NCBI GenBank assembly: GCA_023665755.1
Contig: JAMPDF010000002.1
Location: forward strand, 396,982-460,981
Length of the DNA stretch: 64,000 nt
Source of the DNA: Prevotella sp.
Lineage (GTDB): Bacteria; Bacillota_I; Bacilli_A; ML615J-28; CAG-313
Reading direction: 5' to 3'
The notes below the pieces were generated by a model. That model was not told the DNA's origin. It made no database searches and was given only the letters and a program-made list of their open reading frames with translations. A program made the position numbers and the translations under genes. Below are positions 57,084 through 64,000 of this stretch, piece after piece. Position 1 is the first letter of the stretch, and the number at the start of each line of letters is the position of its first letter.

Positions 57084-57399
57084 TACAATAGAAAAAAAAG
57101 ATTATTATAATTTCTTATATACATACTATCAAAACTTATTTACAACAAAGCAGAGGGAAGTATTTGAAAGTTATTATTTTGAAGATTATAGTTTATCCGA
57201 AATATCGGAATCCCTTGGTGTCTCACGTAATGCTATTTGGGATTTATTAAAAAAAGTAGAACACAATTTAGATGAATATGAGTCAAAATTAGGGCTTTAT
57301 CAAAAAAATAAGGTATTAGAAGCTTATTTGAACGATTTAATGCCTTATACCACTGAAGAAGGGAAAGTCATCATTCATCGGATCAAGGAGATGGAATAA
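57076..57399 (+). CDS. ylxM: YlxM/UPF0122 putative DNA-binding protein (sigma-70 region-4-like HTH)
   Basis: It is a small protein with the HTH YSLSEISESLGVSRNAIWD and the conserved position immediately upstream of ffh. Confidence 0.7.
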   Translation: MPNTIEKKDYYNFLYTYYQNLFTTKQREVFESYYFEDYSLSEISESLGVSRNAIWDLLKKVEHNLDEYESKLGLYQKNKVLEAYLNDLMPYTTEEGKVIIHRIKEME

Positions 57400-57405
57400 A
57401 AATAT

Positions 57406-58815
57406 ATGCCGTTTGAGAATTTATCAGAAAAAATCCAATATTCATTAAGAAAATTAACTGGACGTGGTAAAGTAAATGAAAAAGATATTGACGATGCAAT
57501 GCGTGAAATTCGTGTATCATTACTTGAAGCAGACGTTAATTATAAAATTGTTAAAGAGTTTATTAGTGAAGTAAAAGAATTGGCTTTAGGCGAGCGAGTG
57601 ATGAAATCACTTACTCCAGGTGACCAAGTTGTTAAAATTGTTTATGAAGAATTAATTAAATTGATGGGGGATGAAGCAGTTCCTATCAATTTAAAGAAAT
57701 CCGGAACTAGTATTGTCTTGATGGTGGGATTACAAGGTAGTGGAAAAACAACTCACGTTGGTAAACTAGCCAGTTACTTACGAAAGAATAACAAATGTAA
57801 ACCATTAATGATTGCTGCAGACGTATATCGACCTGCTGCCATCAATCAGTTAGTTACTATCGGAAAGCAACTAGATATTGAAGTATTCCAAATGGGAATA
57901 CTAGCCAAACCACAGGCTATTGTTAAAAGTGGTTTAGATTACGCAAAAGAAAAGGGCTATAATTTAGTCTTGATTGATACAGCAGGTCGTCTTGCTATTG
58001 ATGAAGTGTTGATGCAAGAATTAGTTGAAATTAAACAAATTGTAAATCCAGATGAAATATTGTTGACTGTTGATGCGATGACAGGACAAGATGCGGTCAA
58101 TGTTGCAATGAAGTTTCATGAAAAATTGGGTATAACAGGCTGCTTATTGACGAAACTGGATAGCGATACTCGTGGTGGTGCTGCATTATCTATTCGTTAT
58201 ATGACCCAAATTCCAATTAAATTCACTGGTCTTGGTGAAAAAATGGATGAGATTGATGTGTTTCATCCTGAACGTATGGCCAAGCGGATTCTTGGAATGG
58301 GGGATGTTCTTACTTTTATAGAAAAAGCACAAGCTTCATTTGATGAAGAAGAAGCGATGAAAATGGCAGAAAAAATGCAAGCAGGTCGTTTTACGTATAA
58401 TGATTTTCTTGATCAAATCAAAAAGATTAAAAAGATGGGCTCAATAAAAGGTCTATTGGGATTAATTCCTGGACTTGGCTCACAGATTAAAAATTTAGAT
58501 ATTGATGAAAAAAAATTTGTGTATATCGAGGCATTGATTGGATCAATGACGAAAGAAGAACGGAATAATCCTGATTTGATCAATAAGAGTCACTCGAGAA
58601 AATCGCGTATTGCAAATGGTAGTGGTAGAAGTTATCAAGAAATTAATCAGTTGACCAAACAATTTGAAACGATGCGTACGCAAATGAAATCATTAATGAA
58701 TATGGATGAAGATCAAATGGAAAAAGTATCTAAAGGGCAAGCACCTATTCCAGGTATGAAACCATCTAAGCCGAAAAAGGGCAAGGGAAAAAATAAAGGT
58801 GGATTTAGATTTTAA
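57406..58815 (+). CDS. ffh: Signal recognition particle protein Ffh
   Basis: It has an NG domain (GLQGSGKTT, DTAGR, TKLDSD) and a Met-rich M domain. Confidence 0.95.
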   Translation: MPFENLSEKIQYSLRKLTGRGKVNEKDIDDAMREIRVSLLEADVNYKIVKEFISEVKELALGERVMKSLTPGDQVVKIVYEELIKLMGDEAVPINLKKSGTSIVLMVGLQGSGKTTHVGKLASYLRKNNKCKPLMIAADVYRPAAINQLVTIGKQLDIEVFQMGILAKPQAIVKSGLDYAKEKGYNLVLIDTAGRLAIDEVLMQELVEIKQIVNPDEILLTVDAMTGQDAVNVAMKFHEKLGITGCLLTKLDSDTRGGAALSIRYMTQIPIKFTGLGEKMDEIDVFHPERMAKRILGMGDVLTFIEKAQASFDEEEAMKMAEKMQAGRFTYNDFLDQIKKIKKMGSIKGLLGLIPGLGSQIKNLDIDEKKFVYIEALIGSMTKEERNNPDLINKSHSRKSRIANGSGRSYQEINQLTKQFETMRTQMKSLMNMDEDQMEKVSKGQAPIPGMKPSKPKKGKGKNKGGFRF

Positions 58816-58887
58816 TTACCTCTTCTATTATATTCCTTTTCAAAAAGGTTTTTTGCATACATAAAAAATAAGCAGGAGGATATTATC

Positions 58888-60258
58888 ATGAATCAAGATT
58901 ACGTTGAAAAGATATTAACATTAATTAGATCACATTCTTCATTAGAGGAAAAACGCAGTGCTCTTTCTCAATATCATGAAAATGATATTGCCAAAGTATT
59001 TCCATTTTTGACAAAGGAAGAAAGACAACAACTCTATTTGCTCTTCAATCAAGATGTTTTATCAGATATTTTTAGTTACTTAGAAGAACCAGCTGAATAT
59101 TTTGAGGAATTGTCTACAGATGCTGCGGCGGATATCTTAGAAAATATGGATACAGATGATGCTATCGATATTTTAGAAGAATTAGAAGAACAAGATCGTA
59201 ATGAATTAATTGAATTGATGGATCAAGAAGCGGTTGATGATATCAAACTAATCACCTCTTATGATGAAAATGTAATTGGAAGTAAAATGACAACGAACTA
59301 TGTTGCCATATCAAAAGATGCGACTGTTAGACAAGCGATGAAAAAAATGATAGAAGAGGCTGCTGTCAATGATAATATTTCAACGCTTTATTTTGTTGAT
59401 ATGGATAATCATTTTTTTGGTGCTATGGATTTAAGAGATTTGATTTTAGCTAGGGAAAATCAAAATTTAAAAGAATTGATCAAAACCTCCTATCCATACT
59501 TAAATGCAACAGAGGAAGTGAGTGCATGTTTAGAAAAAATTCAGGAGTATGCACTTGACTCTATCCCGGTATTAGATGAAGAAAAACATTTAGTTGGTGT
59601 AATTACGAGTGATGATGTCGTTGAAGTAGTTCAAGATGAATTGAGTGATGACTATGCTAAGTTAGCAGGTTTATCTAGTGAGGAGGACTTAGATGAGTCT
59701 ATCTTTACATCAATCAAAAAAAGAGTGCCATGGTTATTGATTTTACTTGGTTTAGGTCTTGTGACAAGTCTATTGATTTCTAGTTTTGAAAAAGTTGTTG
59801 CGGCACTACCACTTATTGTGTTTTTTCAATCATTAATTTTAGATATGGCAGGAAATACAGGAACGCAATCGCTTGCTGTAACAATTCGTGTGTTATCTAG
59901 CGAAAGAACAACAAGTAAGGATATTGCCAAATTGATTTTTAAAGAGATTCGTGTAGGTTTTATCAATGGTCTGTGTATTGGATTGATGAGTTTTCTTTCT
60001 GTTTTTCTCTTTATTTATTTTGTTCAGAATGAGACATTATTGGATAATTTTAAAATTGCCCTTTCTGTAGGTGTAAGTATGCTTGGATCAATGCTAATCG
60101 CTAGTTTAGCAGGAAGTGCCATACCTGTTATATTTAAGAAATGCAAAATTGATCCCGCTGTTGCATCAGGTCCACTCATTACCACTATCAATGATGTGAT
60201 TGCAGTTGTGATTTATTACGGACTTGCTTGGATAATGTTTGCTTCTTTAATAGGTTAA
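58888..60258 (+). CDS. mgtE: Magnesium transporter MgtE
   Basis: It has an N-domain, tandem CBS pair and a C-terminal 5-TM MgtE domain. Confidence 0.9.
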   Translation: MNQDYVEKILTLIRSHSSLEEKRSALSQYHENDIAKVFPFLTKEERQQLYLLFNQDVLSDIFSYLEEPAEYFEELSTDAAADILENMDTDDAIDILEELEEQDRNELIELMDQEAVDDIKLITSYDENVIGSKMTTNYVAISKDATVRQAMKKMIEEAAVNDNISTLYFVDMDNHFFGAMDLRDLILARENQNLKELIKTSYPYLNATEEVSACLEKIQEYALDSIPVLDEEKHLVGVITSDDVVEVVQDELSDDYAKLAGLSSEEDLDESIFTSIKKRVPWLLILLGLGLVTSLLISSFEKVVAALPLIVFFQSLILDMAGNTGTQSLAVTIRVLSSERTTSKDIAKLIFKEIRVGFINGLCIGLMSFLSVFLFIYFVQNETLLDNFKIALSVGVSMLGSMLIASLAGSAIPVIFKKCKIDPAVASGPLITTINDVIAVVIYYGLAWIMFASLIG

Positions 60259-60296
60259 CTTTGGGCTAAGTATATAAAATTAAATTGATTAGAATA

Positions 60297-60330
60297 ATAA
60301 AAAATGGTTCAATATGAACCATTTTTTTAC
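60297..60330. terminator. Bidirectional terminator between mgtE (+) and ruvA (-)
   Basis: AAAAA-TGGTTCA-atat-GAACCATT-TTTTTT is a palindromic hairpin flanked by an A-run and a T-run. Confidence 0.75.
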
Positions 60331-60400
60331 TTAAGTAATAGGATGAAATATCGATTATATAATATAAGGAATAGTGGGTTCGATTCCAAATTTATTTATA

Positions 60401-60429
60401 TTGCAAAAAGAAGCAAAATAGTGTATAAT
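60401..60429 (+). promoter_or_regulatory. Near-consensus sigma-A promoter (TTGCAA-17-TGTATAAT) on the + strand, firing antisense into ruvA toward ruvB
   Basis: The -35 is at 60401-60406, the spacer is 17 nt and the -10 TATAAT is at 60424-60429, preceded by TG. Confidence 0.4.
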
Positions 60430-60433
60430 AGAA

Positions 60434-61003
60434 TTAATTCTTTTTAAGCCGTTTTAGGGCATTTTTTACTGCATCACTTAGTGAAATAGTATCACTAACG
60501 TCTAAATCTTTGGTGGCTTGCTTAATTTCATTGTTGTTGTATCCCAAAGATTTTAGTGCCAAAATGACGTTATTTTTCTTTTCATTGGAAAAATCCTGAG
60601 TATCTTGATGAAAATCAATCTTGCCTTTTAAGTCAAGAACAATTTGTTGACTTAATTTTGGCCCTATTCCTGGAAATTGACCAAAAAATTTTGAATTGCT
60701 ATCATCTAATGCTTGAATAATTTCCTCAGGAGTACTAGAGGCAAGAATTGCTAGTGCACCTTTTGGCCCAAGACCTTTTACATTGATGAGATTTTCAAAC
60801 ATATCTCTAGTAGTAGAAGAACTAAAGCCAAATAGTTCATGAGCATCCTCACGGACATGATAATGTAAGTAAAGCGTCATAGGTGTGTTACATTCAAATT
60901 GATATGGATTGGGTACTTTGACTAAATAGCCAATTTGTCCTACCTCAAATGTAATATGTGTGGCACAAATTTCTGTTGCCTGGCCTTTAAAATATCGGTA
61001 CAT
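60434..61003 (-). CDS. ruvA: Holliday junction DNA helicase RuvA, inverted relative to ruvB
   Basis: It starts MYRYFKGQATEI and has HhH motifs (VKGLGPKGALAIL, IGPKLSQQIVLDLKGK) and the C-terminal domain III. RBS GGAGGT lies before the ATG at 61003. Confidence 0.85.
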   Translation of the reverse strand: MYRYFKGQATEICATHITFEVGQIGYLVKVPNPYQFECNTPMTLYLHYHVREDAHELFGFSSSTTRDMFENLINVKGLGPKGALAILASSTPEEIIQALDDSNSKFFGQFPGIGPKLSQQIVLDLKGKIDFHQDTQDFSNEKKNNVILALKSLGYNNNEIKQATKDLDVSDTISLSDAVKNALKRLKKN

Positions 61004-61074
61004 AGGAACCTCCATAAGAAATATAGTTAGATAATTTATTATATCATAAAAATAGAATTAAATCAAAGAAAAGG

Positions 61075-62082
61075 GTGATGGTCTTGGATAATATTATGGA
61101 CAAAAAAATGATAGATGGCGATGAGATTGAGTCCTCTCTTCGACCTCAAAGGTTAAAAGAATATGTGGGGCAGTTGGAACTGAAAGAAATGATGGAAATA
61201 TTTATTCATACAGCAAAATTGCGTCATGAGAGTTTAGATCATGTGTTATTATATGGTCCTCCAGGACTAGGCAAGACGACGCTTGCCCACATCATTGCCA
61301 ATGAAATGAACACAGGGATTAAAATTACTACAGGCCCTGCATTATCTAGACCAGGCGATCTTGCTGCAATATTATCCTCTCTCGAGCCTGGTGACATATT
61401 ATTTATTGATGAAATTCACCGGATACCTAAAGTCATAGAAGAAATTTTGTATTCTGCTATGGAAGATTATGCGATTGATATTGTAATGGGAAAAGATGCT
61501 GCTGCTTCTACGTTACGCATAGATTTACCACCATTTACTTTAGTTGGTGCGACAACACGTTTTGGAGATTTAACAGCACCTATGCGCGATCGGTTTGGTA
61601 TAGTGCATCAATTGAAATATTATGATATGGAAGAATTAGCCACCATTATTGAACGGACATCGAGAATTTTTCATTTTCCAATTGACAAAGATGCAACTTA
61701 TGAGTTAGCTAGACGTTCTCGCGGGACGCCACGTATTGCCAATCGCTTATTTAGAAGAATCCGTGATTTTGCTCAATATGAGAATTCAAGTCACATATCA
61801 GTAGATATAACGGATTATGCCTTGAATAAACTGGATATTGATAAAGCAGGGTTAGATATCACTGACCGAAAATATCTTCTGGGTTTGATTGAACGATTTA
61901 AAGGGGGGCCAGCAGGACTTGAGGCACTTGCTGCGACTATTTCCGAAGAAACTGTTACCTTAGAAGATGTCAATGAACCCTATTTATTACAAGAGGGATT
62001 TATTATTCGTACGCATAGAGGGCGAATGGTGACGGAAAAAGCGTATGAACATTTGGGATATAAAAAGGGAGGCTTATTTTGA
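61075..62082 (+). CDS. ruvB: Holliday junction DNA helicase RuvB
   Basis: It has AAA+ Walker [10 protein letters not shown], Walker B ILFIDEIH and sensor motifs. The start could be an internal Met a few codons downstream. Confidence 0.95.
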   Translation: MMVLDNIMDKKMIDGDEIESSLRPQRLKEYVGQLELKEMMEIFIHTAKLRHESLDHVLLYGPPGLGKTTLAHIIANEMNTGIKITTGPALSRPGDLAAILSSLEPGDILFIDEIHRIPKVIEEILYSAMEDYAIDIVMGKDAAASTLRIDLPPFTLVGATTRFGDLTAPMRDRFGIVHQLKYYDMEELATIIERTSRIFHFPIDKDATYELARRSRGTPRIANRLFRRIRDFAQYENSSHISVDITDYALNKLDIDKAGLDITDRKYLLGLIERFKGGPAGLEALAATISEETVTLEDVNEPYLLQEGFIIRTHRGRMVTEKAYEHLGYKKGGLF

Positions 62083-63104
62083 AAGTAGCAGATTTTGATT
62101 ATAATTTACCAGAAGAATTGATTGCGCAAACTCCACTAGAAAATAGAACTGATTCTAGGTTATTGGTTTTGGATAAGATAACAGGAAATATAGAACATAA
62201 GCATTTTTATGACATAGTTGATTATTTAACAGATCAGGATGTTTTAGTGCTGAATGATACAAAAGTTTATCCATCACGCATCTATGGAAAAAAGACAGAT
62301 ACTGATGCATCTATTGAATTGCTATTGCTCAAAGAAGTAGCGAAAGATGAATGGGTGGCTTTGACCCGTCCTGCAAGACGTGTCAAAACAGGAACACAAA
62401 TATCTTTTGGGAATGGCTTATTGATAGCAACTTGCATAGAGGAAAAAGCAGATGGTGAAAGAAGATACCAAATGACCTATCAAGGTATATTTTTAGAAAT
62501 ATTAGAACAAATAGGCACGATGCCATTACCGCCATACATTCATGAGAAATTAGAGGATGGTTCTCGTTATCAAACGGTATATGCAAAAGATTATGGTAGT
62601 GCTGCGGCACCTACTGCGGGTTTACACTTTACCCAAGAATTATTAGAACGGGTAAAAGCAAAAGGTGTACAAATTGAATATGTGACATTACATGTTGGAT
62701 TAGGTACATTCAGGCCTGTCATGAGTGAAACAATTGAGGAACATCATATGCATAGTGAGGCATACCAAATGACAAAAGAAACCGCAATGGCTTTGAATCA
62801 AGCCAAGGCAGCAGGAAAAAGGATTATTAGTGTAGGAACGACTTCAACAAGAACATTGGAAAGTATTATGACCAAATATGGTTGTTTTCGGGAGTGTCAT
62901 GAATCGACCAATATTTTCATCTATCCACCATATCCATTTCAAGCGGTCGATGCCTTGATTACTAATTTTCACTTACCAAAGTCAACTTTAATCATGTTGG
63001 TAAGTGCTTTAGCGGGAAGAGAACATGTACTTGAAGCATATCGCATTGCGGTTCAAGAAAAGTATCGCTTCTTTTCTTTTGGCGATGCAATGTTTATCAA
63101 ATAA
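62079..63104 (+). CDS. queA: S-adenosylmethionine:tRNA ribosyltransferase-isomerase
   Basis: It starts [17 protein letters not shown] and ends FSFGDAMFI. It overlaps the ruvB stop. Confidence 0.9.
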   Translation: MKVADFDYNLPEELIAQTPLENRTDSRLLVLDKITGNIEHKHFYDIVDYLTDQDVLVLNDTKVYPSRIYGKKTDTDASIELLLLKEVAKDEWVALTRPARRVKTGTQISFGNGLLIATCIEEKADGERRYQMTYQGIFLEILEQIGTMPLPPYIHEKLEDGSRYQTVYAKDYGSAAAPTAGLHFTQELLERVKAKGVQIEYVTLHVGLGTFRPVMSETIEEHHMHSEAYQMTKETAMALNQAKAAGKRIISVGTTSTRTLESIMTKYGCFRECHESTNIFIYPPYPFQAVDALITNFHLPKSTLIMLVSALAGREHVLEAYRIAVQEKYRFFSFGDAMFIK

Positions 63105-63130
63105 AGAAAATCAAAACGAGGAGGAATAGT

Positions 63131-63733
63131 ATGTATCAAATTATCACTATAGGAAGAGAGTTTGGTAGTGGAGGACGAGAATTTGGTAGGAGACTTGCGG
63201 AAGAATTAGGATATGAGTATTATGATAAAGAGATTATTACAGAAATTTCTAAACATACATCACTATCAGAAGAGTATGTTCAAGATATTATTGAGAAAAA
63301 ACCACATCGGTTATATCCAATTACAATTGGTCAAAGTTTGACAGGGCATGAAAATTATGAATTGCAACAAGTTCAAATGGTGTTTCAAGCACAATGTGAA
63401 ATTATAGAACGCTTGGCCACACAGTCTAATTGTGTCATTGTAGGAAGATGTGCAGATTATATCTTAAGAGAATATCAGCCATATCGTATTTTTATTTATG
63501 CACAAATGGATAGTAAAGTCAAACGATGCATAGAACGAAATAGTGCATCTAGCACGTATACAGAAAAACAAATTCGCAAACATATTGCACGATTAGACAA
63601 AGAAAGGGCCAAGTATTATCAATACTATACAGGTCAAAAATGGGGAAAGATTCAAAATTATGATTTGTGTATCAACACAACACATACTATAATTAAAGAT
63701 ATTGTTCCACTCATTGCAAAAATGTTTCAATAA
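63131..63733 (+). CDS. Cytidylate kinase-like family P-loop protein
   Basis: It has the P-loop IGREFGSGGREFG typical of the cytidylate-kinase-like family and is 200 aa. Confidence 0.6.
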   Translation: MYQIITIGREFGSGGREFGRRLAEELGYEYYDKEIITEISKHTSLSEEYVQDIIEKKPHRLYPITIGQSLTGHENYELQQVQMVFQAQCEIIERLATQSNCVIVGRCADYILREYQPYRIFIYAQMDSKVKRCIERNSASSTYTEKQIRKHIARLDKERAKYYQYYTGQKWGKIQNYDLCINTTHTIIKDIVPLIAKMFQ

Positions 63734-63735
63734 AA

Positions 63736-63800
63736 CAAAAAAACTCACCTTTTTGTCCATTCGTTTTTTAACGAATAGGTTTTAAAAGTGAGTTTTTTAT
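63736..63800. terminator. Nested hairpin bidirectional terminator
   Basis: Inner stem ATTCGTT-tttt-AACGAAT is enclosed by outer stem AAAAACTCAC ... GTGAGTTTTTT. Confidence 0.65.
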
Positions 63801-63811
63801 TATTTAATTTT

Positions 63812-64000
63812 TCTTCCACAAGAAGGGCAAAAACGGTCCGTTTTTTCAAGTGATTCACCGCATCCAGGACAAAATAATATCAAATAGTCATCATCAATAG
63901 AATCTTCATGTAAGGTAGAATCAGTTATCTTTTCTTGTTTTGTCCCTTTAAATGTTCGAATAATTTGTATAATCAAAATAATGATGACTAAGAAAAAAGG
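63812..64000 (-). CDS. Partial CDS (C-terminal end) of a membrane protein with a C-terminal zinc-ribbon (CxxC...CxxC)
   Basis: The reverse-strand frame is open from the window edge and ends ...ILFCPGCGESLEKTDRFCPSCGRKIK before the stop at 63812-63814. A hydrophobic stretch lies upstream. It is absent from the ORF track because it is truncated. Confidence 0.35.

Noticed and set aside
58835-58857. CCTTTT-ca-AAAAGG followed by TTTTTT after ffh
   Set aside because: The loop is too short and the stem is AT-rich. A terminator here is plausible from context but is not convincingly supported by the sequence.
60374-60387. GTGGGTTCGATTCC, a 14-nt match to the tRNA T-stem/loop consensus, in the mgtE-ruvA intergenic region
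   Set aside because: The flanking sequence cannot form the rest of a cloverleaf. There is no complementary T-stem 3' strand (CCAAA follows instead of CCCAC), no acceptor stem and no CCA context. It is at best a tRNA remnant and is only used as supporting context for the ruvA rearrangement.

Overview
This is AT-rich (about 33% GC) chromosomal core DNA from a low-GC Gram-positive bacterium. Erysipelotrichia or Mollicutes-related Firmicutes are suggested by the extended PotA and PotD and by secA-prfB synteny. UGA is used as a stop codon (rseP ends in TGA), so the genetic code is 11. Almost all genes are on the + strand and densely packed. The housekeeping backbone is potABCD, uppS-cdsA-dxr-rseP, nagA, infC-rpmI-rplT, leuS, hpf, secA-prfB, recX, ftsK-lepB-rbgA-rnhB, topA, ftsY-ylxM-ffh, mgtE, ruvA, ruvB, queA. 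Two cis-regulatory RNAs can be read directly: an FMN riboswitch with terminator ahead of a RibU-type riboflavin transporter, and an L20-type attenuator leader ahead of an infC that starts at AUU. The most interesting locus is a single apparent operon at about 43.8-52.8 kb: rex, adhE, a kinase-fold phosphotransferase, two thioredoxin-like [2Fe-2S] ferredoxins, a PAS-containing sensory [FeFe] hydrogenase (HydS/HfsB-like), a PP2C phosphatase and a catalytic [FeFe] hydrogenase. It physically fuses NADH sensing, putative H2 sensing and ethanol/H2 fermentation genes. Other points worth checking are ruvA inverted relative to ruvB with a consensus promoter firing antisense through it, prfB without the usual programmed frameshift, a soluble SftA-like FtsK translationally coupled to an upstream one-TM protein, two uncharacterised ABC modules (one with a secreted beta-rich protein) and a large surface phosphoesterase with Listeria-Bacteroides repeats. 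No rRNA, intact tRNA, CRISPR array or mobile element was found.
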